From Octopus bimaculoides (lineage: Eukaryota), in assembly GCF_001194135.2 (NCBI RefSeq), contig NC_068986.1, forward strand, positions 78,316,192 through 78,380,191: 64,000 bases of DNA, given 5' to 3'. Within the stretch, counting starts at the first letter, position 1. Each line of letters starts with the position of its first letter. Shown piece after piece: positions 26,241-38,239 of the stretch. The notes under the pieces are model-generated. The model was not told where the DNA came from. It ran no database searches and saw nothing but the letters and a program-made list of their open reading frames with translations. The position numbers and the translations under genes are program-made.

Positions 26241-27492
26241 AATTTTAAGAAAGATATGTTGTACATTTATGAAACATAAATGAGATATGTAATGGAGAAG
26301 AAAAACATTTATAACATTTTAAAATTCAGTAAACAATAAAATTTAATTATTAATTACACAGCAGAAGCAGATTATTGTGATCATTTTTGGGTGAAGCATT
26401 TTTGATAACAATAACTAGCTGATAATATTATGATGACAATAACCAATTTATAAGATTATCTATGATCACAATAAAAGGCTTCCACTCTATGTACATAAAA
26501 GTTCATTCTGAAAATAATGTTATGTGGGACATTTGAAAAATAGTGTTTTGTGGGACATATGAAAAATAGCAATACTAAAATCAGAATGTGTTCCTAATAT
26601 TTATAAATGAGGTGTTTGGTGATGTCAATTGTGCCACATAAAATGCACCCAGTATGCTCTAAAAGTGACTGGTGTTAGGAAGAGCGTTCAGTCATAGAAA
26701 CAATGTCAAAGCTGACAGTGGAACTTGGCTAAGTCCTCTGACTCACCAAATCCAGTCAAGCTATCCAACTCATGCCAACAAAGAAAATGGTTGCTAAATG
26801 GTGATTATGATGATGATGATGAAGGTAAGAGCATCATACAAAAGAGAAATCAAATTTTCATGAATGCTTAGTGCAAGATGATAGAATCTGCAATCCCAGA
26901 ATTGATGGTTAAACTATTTCAAAAGACATGGAGAAGTAAAACACTAGAACATTCCATATTGCAGCCAATAATTTTTTCATGTATGTGTGTTCTGTAATTT
27001 GAAAAAGGATTGAGGATTAAAGAATAAATAAGAGGTACTTCTTGTATCAATGCTTGTTACAACATAACAGACTTCAATTATTATTATTTTACCTTACTAG
27101 AGCTAAACAGTGATAGCAACCCAACAACCACTACTACAAAGTAACATTCACTACTAATCTAATTACCTTTATAATTAATAGCTGATTAATTTAAATTTAA
27201 TTACATTAATCAGTAGAAGATAGCGTCATCAGCAAGTTATCAATACCTAATGATCTTAAGAAAATCTTCTTCTGTGTCACTGTGGAATCAGTGCTATCGT
27301 ACTTCTCTATTAGTTGGACACTCACCAAACACCTGGAAGCAAAGCTTGATGAAGTTTTCAGAGTATTCTAAAGGCATTTCTAAATATTTCATGAAAAATC
27401 ATCTGACCAGACAAAAGCTATATGACAGAGTATCTTCTTGCAATCATTTATGTTTTAAGAGGAAGAGAGAGAGAGAGGGGAGAGAAAGAGAG

Positions 27493-27530
<38 letters not shown>

Positions 27531-28479
27531 AGAGAAAGAGAGAATGAGAGAGAGAGAGAGAGAGAGAGTTAGATGCATGCATTATGTAAGATATTGCTAT
27601 AGGGTAAAGTAAGAGTTCATATATCATATTACTCCTAACGACAGCCTGACATGGATAAACATGCATTTGGCTGTCAAGCTAAAACCTTGATTTGGCAGCT
27701 CTATACAGACATGAAATGTTGCCCTGTTGATGCCCCAAATGCTATGTGAAATCATGGTAAGTGGCATAGTTAAGTTGAGCAAATCTCAGCAAGCTCAACA
27801 AAATGAATCAATGGATTAAATTATCAGGAACAGAAAATGGCTTTAGTTTTGTGAAATTCTTTCTCTTCGTAGCAAATTACTTCTATTTTTGGACAGCGCC
27901 TATGGTTTGGACATCAACAACCTCTGGCTTGATATAAAATTCCAATGTAGCATAGTTCATTAACTGAAGCAAAAATTGATTGAATCAAAACTGGATTTAT
28001 TCCCTTCATACTCAAGAAATATAATTTCATAGCTACCATATTATAAAAGCTTTTAACCAAATAAAACTAATACTAATGTATTAGCTTCCATCATATTCGA
28101 ATATTTACAGTCCTACCCATGCTTCTAATATTTGATAATCAGTCACCAGTTTTACATCTTTAAAATACCAACTAAATTAAATGATTTAAATGATTATGTT
28201 GACTATTAACATGAATCTTACATCATTATCATCACCAAACAGTCACTTATTTATCTTGTTGGATTTGCAGGAAAGGGTAGTACTCATGACCCTTGTAGAC
28301 ACTCCTAGATTAGTGGAATTAATATCATTAATGCTATTAATGTTCCTTTTGAACCTTTATAAGTCAACACCCGCAGGAAAGACCTGAATAGGAAGGGAAT
28401 TCTAGAGCACCGATGTTCTGAGAATGAAGAACTGTAAATAGACTCTTTATTTGAATATATAACTGGTGTTTCTTTAGGG

Positions 28480-28605
28480 TAGTATTTCTCAACCATTTTA
28501 TCCTTGTGTAACTCTTAAAATAAGTTACATGTCTCAAGGAACCCCTGCACAATAAAAATTATATACTATATCTTTCTCATGTTTTTCATTGTTGTTCATG
28601 TGGTA

Positions 28606-28656
<51 letters not shown>

Positions 28657-28858
28657 CAATGGTTGTTATATTTTTTTGATAACATAATAGGTTAGATAGG
28701 ATGATGTCTATATTGCAACAACCAATAGTATGTTGTGCATGTATAGTAATATTACGATCATGAAATTAACATTAGCTTATCTCACTCTTTTTCGTGGAAC
28801 CCCTAGGAATCTTTTGCAGAACCCTTAGGTTCCAGGGAATCCCAGTTGAGAAATGCTG
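28480..28858. mobile_element. hAT (Charlie-like) MITE interrupted by (TA)n
   Basis: TIRs TAGTATTTCTCAAC and GTTGAGAAATGCTG. The 8-bp flanks CTTTAGGG and ATTTAGGC are 6/8 identical. Confidence 0.65.
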
Positions 28859-29207
28859 ATTTAGGCAATCCATGAAAGATTAAAACTTATCATATTTGAT
28901 GAAAGAAAATAGATTAAACATGAAACTAAACTGGCTATTAATGTAAATTAATGGTCTAGAATTCTGTACTCAAATCCTTCTAATTCATCAGATTGATAAA
29001 CTAAGTTCAGTAATATACTAGAACTTTGGTAATCACATATTATTAACTGAATGAAGTATATGAAAGCCCTGAAATATTTTATTCTGAACCATCCGGTTTT
29101 AATTATGGGATCCTTGACCAATGAGAATATCACAATTAAATATAACTTAAGAGACTTAAAATATATATAATTTTTGACTGATTTCACAGCAGTTTAAACT
29201 ATGTAAT

Positions 29208-29530
29208 AGTTAAGAGACCACATATAGCTTAAAGGACATGTCATTGTTGATTAACCACCAGAGGTTCAAAGTGTATACACCTGTTGAATAACTAACTATA
29301 CAGAAGTTTATGACGTACATACCTGTTGGGGAAACACTCAAAGCATAAATTGTTGAGAGACCACAAAAGGGGCTTAAGTGGTTATTGAGTTGTCACACAG
29401 AGGCTTACAATGTATGCAGTTATTTAAAGACCATATTGAGACTCAAAGTGTCTGTAGCAGTTGAAAGACCATCCAATAGATGTATGTAGCTGTTGAGTGA
29501 CCACACATAGAGGCTTAAGTTATATGTAGT
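29208..29530. repeat. Degenerate minisatellite, about 9 units of ~30-42 bp
   Basis: Approximate consensus GTTGAGAGACCACACAGAGGCTTAAAGTGTATGTAGCT, recurring. Confidence 0.65.
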
Positions 29531-29872
29531 CTCCCTGACTCCATATTATATTTACTCCATCCTTCCACATGTTTCATATTTGTAGCCTCCAGTCTGTTTG
29601 AATTTATTATATTTACCATAAGTACTATTTCCAGCAGATTTATTTTGTCAATAGATGACAGAATCAGTAGAGTGTTAAGCAAAAATACCTTTCATAATCT
29701 TTCATAATCCCATTTTTTAATGAAACACACTGCTTACATATTTCAATTAATTTAGAAAATAATTAGGTATTCAGAAGAATTTAGTAAAATAACTCAATTT
29801 TGTTTTTATTATAAAGATGGTGTTTTGAAAATAACTTAAAAGACTCTCAACTAAAATTTATGGTGGATTCAA

Positions 29873-30092
29873 CCCTTTAACATTAAGATTTCTTTGTCAA
29901 ATGTAGTACTTATTTAGTCACATTGTTTTGAATTAAGTACGTATTATTTTGTAGCTTCAAGATTTCAATGGTGATTTTCTATACGTTGAAAATGACATTG
30001 TAGGATAGAAATGAGAGGTTGGATCTGGTCAGTTCTAAAATAAAATAGGTAGATTATTTGGGCTGGATATGGCTGGATTAAATGTTAAAAGG
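29873..30092. mobile_element. Second copy of the piggyBac-type MITE, opposite orientation, degraded TSD
   Basis: CCCTTTAACATT ... AATGTTAAAAGG; the interior is the reverse complement of 9413-9633. A partial third copy lies at about 32330-32460. Confidence 0.75.
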
Positions 30093-30247
30093 TAGTCTTG
30101 TTTATAGAACAAGAGGCAGTATACAAAAACAGTTTGATGATTTGAGTTCAAATGCTACTAGCATCCAGTTTACCATTCATTCCTCTGGAATCAATAAACT
30201 GCACACCAGTAATACACTGTAACAGATGTAATCAACTATATTTTCTC

Positions 30248-30570
30248 CAATGTTGTTATCAGTCCGAATATGCTTGATGCATGGTTCAAACTGGGGAACA
30301 AGCTACTTACTGCATTTTGTCATGGAGAATATATCTTGCTTATTGACAAATGGTGTGTATACACCTAGATCAGCTTGCAGCACCATCTACCTAGACTGTG
30401 AGATGTAAGCATTTTGGAGTAGTTATGTAAGTAGATGGTGCTGTGAGCTGATCTAGATGTATACACACCATTTGTCAACAAGCAAGATATATTCTTTGTG
30501 ACAAAACACTGAGTAGCTTGTTCCCTAATTTGAACGCACATCAAGCAGATTACAACTGATAATAACATTG
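30248..30570. repeat. Long imperfect inverted repeat (fold-back; ~143-bp arms, ~36-nt loop)
   Basis: 30248-30392 is the reverse complement of 30429-30570, e.g. GACAAATGGTGTGTATACACCTAGATCAGC versus GCTGATCTAGATGTATACACACCATTTGTC. Confidence 0.9.
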
Positions 30571-31170
30571 CAATTTCACTTATCACTGCTTATCTCCCCT
30601 GGCTCCATAATATATTTACTCTATCCCGCCACATGTTATATATTTGTAGCCTCCAATCTGTGTTTGAAATTATTATATTTACCATAAGTACTATTATCAG
30701 TAGATTCTTTTTTTCAAAGATTTTTAATGATAATTGGTTCAATTACAAGATAATTATTCAGCTGAGGTATAAATTTGAAATTTGTTTCCCTTTTTTCTAT
30801 ATTTAGAAAGTGAAATAACATCTTCTCTTTCTCTTTGTTTCGCTTACTTGTCTCTCTCACTGTTCAACAGACTTCTTTGCTGCTATATATTCCTTGTTCT
30901 ATTCCTCCCTATTAAAGGAGATTTGTACAGCTTTTGCTTGTAGGGGATGTCTTATTTCAGTTACTCCTAATTATTTTCAAAACCTTTGACTGTTACCTGA
31001 TACAGCAGTCAGTTTCTATGGGGTGGAGTGGGGAAAGAGTTGCTTATTTTTATTTATATAATATTTTTATTGTTTTTGTAATAGAAACTATCAAGTAAAG
31101 AAGATAACAAAAATGTCAACATGTTTATTACTTGTTCTTCTTTGAGGAGAATGAAAGTGTAAGTGTATGG

Positions 31171-31222
<52 letters not shown>

Positions 31223-31814
31223 AAGGGAAAATTTATGGGTGAGAGATAGAGAGAGAATGCTTATGGGCGAGAAAGAGAGAAAATTTATGGGTAAGTGAGA
31301 GAGAGGGTTTATGGGAAAAGAGGGAGCATGTATATGAGAGGGAGAGAGAGAGAGAGTGGGGGTAGGGAGACAAAAGGAGAACATGAGAGAGACAGACAGA
31401 CAGAATTCTAGTGATAGAAATTGAGAGATAAAACACGCCAGGTATCCAAATCTAAAGGTGCCATAACCATTGTTAAAAAAAAATTTATACTGAATTTGTG
31501 GGTGGGGGTAACTTTAGAGAAGAATTTCTGTTCAAGAAGATAAGAAACCACAATGACATTTTAGTCTACTTCATATGGTACACCCCTGCTCCTAAAATAC
31601 AGACTAATCATATTGCCTTTTTCATCCAAACCAAGAACGCTGACTGATAATATTACTGTAAAGACAATATTGGGCCTTAGTATCAGTTTTCTAAAGAATA
31701 AGCAGAACCCAAAGACAGTAAAAGCATGCTGACTTTAACCATTATTCTGTCAGAAGTAATGCTTATTTATTCTCACTGTTTTGTATTAATCATGCGTTAT
31801 TCTTTTATTCTTTT

Positions 31815-32310
31815 ATTCTTTTACTTGTTTCTGTCTTTTGACTATGGCCATACTGGAGCACTGCTTAGAAGGGTTTCAGTTGAACAAATCGATCTCCCAG
31901 GACTTACTATTTTACGCCTAGTACTTATTCTATCGGTCTCTTTTGCCAAACCGCTAAGTTATGTGAACGTAAACACACCAACACCAGTTGTCAAGTGGTG
32001 ATGGGGTGGGTTGGGGGGACAAACACAGTCACAAAGATACACACATATAGATTTATACATACATACATATATATATAAATGTACACACACACACACACAC
32101 ACTCACACACATATATATAATGTATATATGTATAATGTATGTAGAATCTATATACGACAGGCTTCTTTCAGTTTCCATCAACCAAATCCACTCACAAGGC
32201 TTTGGTCGGACTGAGGCTATAGTAGAAGTCACTTGCCCAAGGTGCCATGCAATGGTACTGAACCAAGAACCATGTGGTTGGGAAGCAAGCTTCTTACCAC
32301 ACAGAAATGA
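31815..32310 (-). mobile_element. SINE family B, complete
   Basis: Same head and tail as 4277-4720. Other copies lie at about 18890-19042(-), 22250-22400(+), 24420-24700(-) and 44550-44970(+). Confidence 0.8.
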
Positions 32311-32779
32311 CTGCACCTATGTTATAGCTTTGAGATTTTTAAAAGGTAACTGTTAATTTATATTGTAGGGTTGGTGTGAGAGGCCAGATCTGACCAGTTT
32401 GAACATAAAACCAGTAGAATATTTTAGCTGGATATGGTTAGTTTCAATTCTAAAGGCTTCAGATGCTCAAGTTCAAAATACCTACAGCTTTTTATTTTTT
32501 AACTCTATATATTTCTTCATTAATTCTAAATTCCTACTTTTCTGTTTTCTTTCTTAATCTCTGAAATTTTTAGGTTAGCCATAAAGAGGTTTTGGGGTGG
32601 GCGCTGATGTGGGGCGGGGGATCGTGGTGTTTTCTCAACCTGGCACACAATTTGGATTCTTTTGCACCAAAATCACCGTAAACTATATTTTCATCCTGTT
32701 GAATTCTGGGTATCATCACCGATAGCTTCATAAATAATTAACTTTCTCACCATCCTCTCAATATCCTCATTTTTTTTAT

Positions 32780-32949
32780 CCTTATTGCTAACACCACTTT
32801 CTTCCACTTAATTATCTTCATCATAATCCTTGCATAATCATCATCATCATCAGTGACAGTCTCTTTCTCATAATTATTTTCACTTTCCTCCTCATCATCA
32901 TCATCATCATCATGATCCTCATCATCATCACCATCACCATCATCATCAC

Positions 32950-32980
<31 letters not shown>

Positions 32981-33290
32981 ATTACCACCACCACCATCAG
33001 CATCATTGTCATCATTGTCATCATCATCGTCATCGTCATCACCTACATCATCATCATCATCATTGTTTCTATCAAAATTATTACTCCTCATCATATTCAA
33101 AATTACCGTAATCATGATCACGATCATCATTATCTTAACCATCACCATCACCATCACCATCACCAACCAACACCACCGCCACTTTATTCCTCATCATCAC
33201 CATGAGCAGTAGCATCATTATCACTAACACCAAGACCACCAACTCCACTACCATCAACGCCAAAATCATTAAAACAGCCACCACTCCTCT
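32780..33290. repeat. Degenerate (CAT)n/(CAC)n trinucleotide region
   Basis: Long CATCAT/CACCAT tracts; explains the poly-D/M/I/S ORFs. Confidence 0.9.
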
Positions 33291-33843
33291 ACTAGTCAAC
33301 AAGTGAGCCTCTACGTGGTCATTTAATCTGCTGGAAATAGCAACCAAACCTCATGGATTATCATGTCGGGAATGACTTCGATCATAACTCTGCTTGATCA
33401 AGGTTCAATTTACATTAGATAACAACTCATAGCCCACCAACTATATATGGCTGTTTGATTTGCTAGAATTGGCAGCTAAATTTCCACCAAAATCACACCC
33501 TACTGTTTTAGGGATGCACTTGATAATGTCACCCTAGATATTTATAAAAAAAGGCAGGATGGTTATTACAAACGGAATGGCTTTGATTAAAGATCTGCTC
33601 AACCTGGGGTATAAACCTGGGGCTAAACAACAATAACAAGTCCACCCCTAGCTCTCACCACCAACACCACTATATTCGTATGATGTGTGCTATTTTCCTG
33701 CTATTAACTTATTAGATAAGAGCTATAAACCTTATTATCATTTTGCATTACTGTTTCAGCTAGTAAAAAATGTAAGATAAAACGTGTGTATGTGTGTGTG
33801 TGTGTGTGCGTGTGTGTGTGTGTGTCTGTGTGTGTGTGTGAGC

Positions 33844-33884
<41 letters not shown>

Positions 33885-34335
33885 CGCGTGCATGTGTATA
33901 TACACACATGTACATACATATACATACATACATATTTAACTAAATTTGTTTCAAACTGAGTAATTTATTGATATTTGCCTGGACTTTTTAATCCCATTTC
34001 TTTCTTCTTATATATATATATATATATCATATGTGTGTGTGTATGCATGCTTATGTGTGTATATATNNNNNNNNNNNNNNNNNNNNNNNNNNNNNNNNNN
34101 NNNNNNNNNNNNNNNNNNNNNNNNNNNNNNNNNNNNNNNNNNNNNNNNNNNNNNNNNNNNNNNNNNNNNNNNNNNNNNNNNNNNNNNNNNNNNNNNNNNN
34201 NNNNNNNNNNNNNNNNNNNNNNNNNNNNNNNNNNNNNNNNNNNNNNNNNNNNNNNNNNNNNNNNNNNNNNNNNNNNNNNNNNNNNNNNNNNNNNNNNNNN
34301 NNNNNNNNNNNNNNNNNNNNNNNATATATACATAC

Positions 34336-34411
<76 letters not shown>

Positions 34412-34764
34412 TTACACACATACATATGAAAGGAATCAATGATAAAAATATTTCTACTGAATACATTATGAACAATAGAAATCTTGAAATTATAATTAGG
34501 TTTTATAAATTCTATTTAAACTACAATCCTGCAAGTTTTAGAAAATGCATAAGTATGTCAGATCTACAGAAAATATTTTTATTTATCATTATTTTTATGC
34601 AGCTTTGATAGAAGGTTTATTTTTTTAAAGCTTCCTTAGGGAATGTTGTAAAAGGATTTTGTTGAACTGGTGTCTTATTATTTTGTATTTTTTGTTTTTC
34701 CAAGTGAAACTTTGAATATTCTATGCACTTATCATTCAAGCAAATACCTAGTTATATATGTGTA

Positions 34765-34795
<31 letters not shown>

Positions 34796-35081
34796 GTGTA
34801 AGTGTGTATGTGTGCATACATGCACACATGTGAAAATTGTTTGTGTGAGTACACACACACACATACACATACACATATATATATACATATATACAGGTAT
34901 ATAGATACATACATGTGTATGTGTGTGTGTGTGTGTATATATACATATACTAATATATATATTAAAATATATATAGAAGTATGTGTATATATATATATAT
35001 GTATATGTATATATAATACGTAACGTACATGAGTACACATATATATATATATTTGCATATATATACACACACACACACGCA

Positions 35082-35125
<44 letters not shown>

Positions 35126-35201
35126 CACCCACAGAGACAAATACACATGCATGTTTGATATATGCATTTATACATATGTATGTGTGCATGCGTGTGTGAG
35201 T

Positions 35202-35255
<54 letters not shown>

Positions 35256-35847
35256 ATGTGTGTGTGTGCATGTGTGTGTCTGAAATCTGTGTATACCATT
35301 GTGTCCGTGTCAGTACTTTTGAAAACATGTGGAATGAAAAAAAGTCCCTTGCTTAAAAACTAGTAAGGTTTAGCAACAGGAGAGGCATCAGGTTATACAA
35401 CAATATCTCAATAATACATTTTTATCTAGCCCATGCTTGCTAGTATGGAAAAAAGAAATGGATATAAAATGAAGAAATGAATAAATGAAGTATATATTTA
35501 ACAAAACCTTTTGACAATTCTTAAATTTTCCTTTAGTCTCATTCTCTATCAAACTGAAGTACATTTCCACAAAATGAGAAGGAAATATGTTACATTATTG
35601 TCTTTGGCAAAATCTAACCAATAGGAAGCTTTATAAAATTGAATAATTTTCTGCCTGCTGTATGTAAAAATAGTTTCTTTACCCTGTGTACAAGTAACCA
35701 CCTAATTTACTAGGTTTGTAGTTCTTTTACAATCCTTAAATACCAATTTTTTTTAAAACTAGGTTTTGTTCATTAAAATTCCAATATGGCAGACAAGCTT
35801 CTTTTAACTTCTCAAACTGCTTTCTCTTTCTCTCTCTCTCTCTGTCT

Positions 35848-35905
<58 letters not shown>

Positions 35906-36572
35906 CATTTTCTTATTTTCTCATGTAATCTCAATATGGTGTCTTTTCTCTTTCAACTTCCGTAGTCAGTATAAGGAAATAGCAAATGATTTCAGTATTT
36001 TCTAGCTTCAGTTCTCAGCAGTCAAGTATAGCAACTCTTGTTGATATCTTGGATTTCTTTCTTTTTAAAATTTTATTTTATGTTCTTGTCATTGAATGTT
36101 CTATAGCATCAATGTTGCTGTTTAGAATGAACACTACTAAAGATCTAGTTTATTTGCTATTTCCTTATAATGTCTACGGAAGTTGAAAAATGAAGACAGC
36201 CAGCCATTTTGAAATTGTAAATTTCTTCCTGAGAGAAAATAAAATAAAATGCAATTAAAAGAAACGTGCACAATGAATAAAAAAATAGAAATTGAAAGAA
36301 TTTTTGTTGTTTTTTTTCTCCCTTTTTAATGGCAATGGGAGTTAATTACGATTTATTTAGGTTTTATATTGCTTTAACTAATTGTATTTTTTATGTTTTT
36401 ACATTAAGAATCAGGTTGGATTTTCATCTCAAGGTATCCATTTTCATGTGCGTATCTGGGTGTGTGTGCATGTATATATGAGTATGTGTGTATGTATGCA
36501 TGCGTGTGTGTATCTGTGTGTCTGTGTGTGTATGTGCGTGTGTGTGTATAAATGTGTTTACGTGTGCATATA

Positions 36573-36618
<46 letters not shown>

Positions 36619-36903
36619 AATATGTGTGTGTATGCAAAATCATGAGAGATTGTTTATAAGATAAATAGTTATACTTTGAGAGTTATACCAAATTATGTGT
36701 AGTTCATTAACAAAATATGATTGTTGGTTATATAATGTAAGCTACCTAATCAATATGTATTGTCAAATCTTCATAGAAGTCTAAATTTCGTATGTAATAT
36801 TGCTACATTGATAAATTATTCACAGAAGTGACAATCATAGAGATAGTGATAGATCACACAGACACACACAGGCACAAATACATGCATATATATAAATATA
36901 TAT

Positions 36904-36966
<63 letters not shown>

Positions 36967-37112
36967 TATACACATACATACATATATACTTAGTAGGAAA
37001 GCTGACAAATCACAAATCCCTTCAGATAGATGGCCCTGCTTGATATATAGAAACTCCATAAGATGTATGTTGCAAGCTAAGGATGCATAAGAGGTGCAGC
37101 AATATCAGAAGA

Positions 37113-38020
37113 AAGTTAACAGAGAAAATAGTCTTGTATGTTGCAGGTGCACAGGTACAGTAAACACTAGATATATATACAGAAAATAGACTCCCTCAAA
37201 TGCCAATGGGATACCTAGAAGTAGTCGATAGCTTTTGTTATCTAGATGACTAAGTCAACAGTGGAGGGGGATGCTCCGAGAGCATAACTGCTAGAATAAG
37301 AATAGGCTTCAGAGAGCTTTTAGCTTTGTTGGCAACAAAGGGCCTCTCTCTCAGAGGGAAAGACAATTGCATGATGCCATGTTACATGGCAGTGAAACAT
37401 GGGCTGTGAGGGCAGATGTCATGTGAAGGCTTGAAAGAAATGAATCTAGTATGCTCTGCTCGATATGCAATGTTAGTGTGCATGTACGACTCAGTGTTAG
37501 TATTTTGAGAGAAAAATTAGGCATAAGAGGCATCAGATGTGGTGTGCAAGTGGGACAACTGCACTGGTATGGTCATGTGATGCATATGGATGAGGATAGT
37601 TGTGTAAAGAAATGCTCATCTCTAACTGTGGAGGGAACCTGAGGAAGAGGTAGGCCCAGGAAGACATGAAATGAAGTAGTGTAGGATGTCCTTTGAATAT
37701 GGGACCTCACAGAGGCAATGACAAGTGATCATGACCTTTGACAATTCACTGTGCTTGAGAAGACTCATCAAGCTGAGTGTGGCCGGTGTTGGAGACATGT
37801 AACAGCTTCTGTGTTGGAAACATGTAAAAGCACCCATGTCAGTGACTTGTAGAAGGCACTCATTATACTCTTGGAGTGGTTGGCATTAGGAAGGGCATCC
37901 AACCATAGAAACCAAACCAAATTCAAACTGGAACCTGGTGCAGCTCTCCAGCTTAGCAGTTTCAGTCAAGCTATCTAACCCATGCCATTATAGAAAGCAG
38001 ACGTTAAATTATGATGATGA
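37113..38020 (+). mobile_element. RTE-clade LINE 3' fragment with 3'UTR and (GAT)n tail
   Basis: Contains LEVVDSFCYL, MLHGSETWAV and LREKLGIRGIRCGVQVGQLHWYGHVMHMDEDSCVKKC. It runs directly into the GGCATCCA..TAGAAAC..GACGTTAAA-TGATGATG tail. Confidence 0.85.
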
Positions 38021-38208
38021 TCACACACACACACACACACACATACGATGGGATTTTTTCAGTTTCCATGTAGCGAATCCCTTTACAAGCCTGGGGCTAT
38101 TGTAGAAGAAACTTGCTCAAGGTGCTGTGCATTCTTAGCCACACACAACCCCTACTCACATACTTACACACACACCACACGTGCACACACACACACACAT
38201 GCCACACG

Positions 38209-38239
<31 letters not shown>

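Noticed and set aside
28305-28496. 63-aa minus-strand ORF near the Cav3 exon, considered as an alternative exon
   Set aside because: It has no similarity to the Cav3 N-terminus, no convincing splice sites, and it starts inside a hAT MITE end.
29208-29530. Repeat-spacer-like pattern considered as a CRISPR array
   Set aside because: The context is eukaryotic, units are degenerate along their whole length with no constant repeat plus unique spacer, and there are no cas genes.
32747-33347. Asp-rich acidic ORF (32747-33166, minus) and overlapping poly-M/I/S ORFs
   Set aside because: All frames are open because of (CAT)n/(CAC)n repeats; there are no splice signals or non-repetitive domain.
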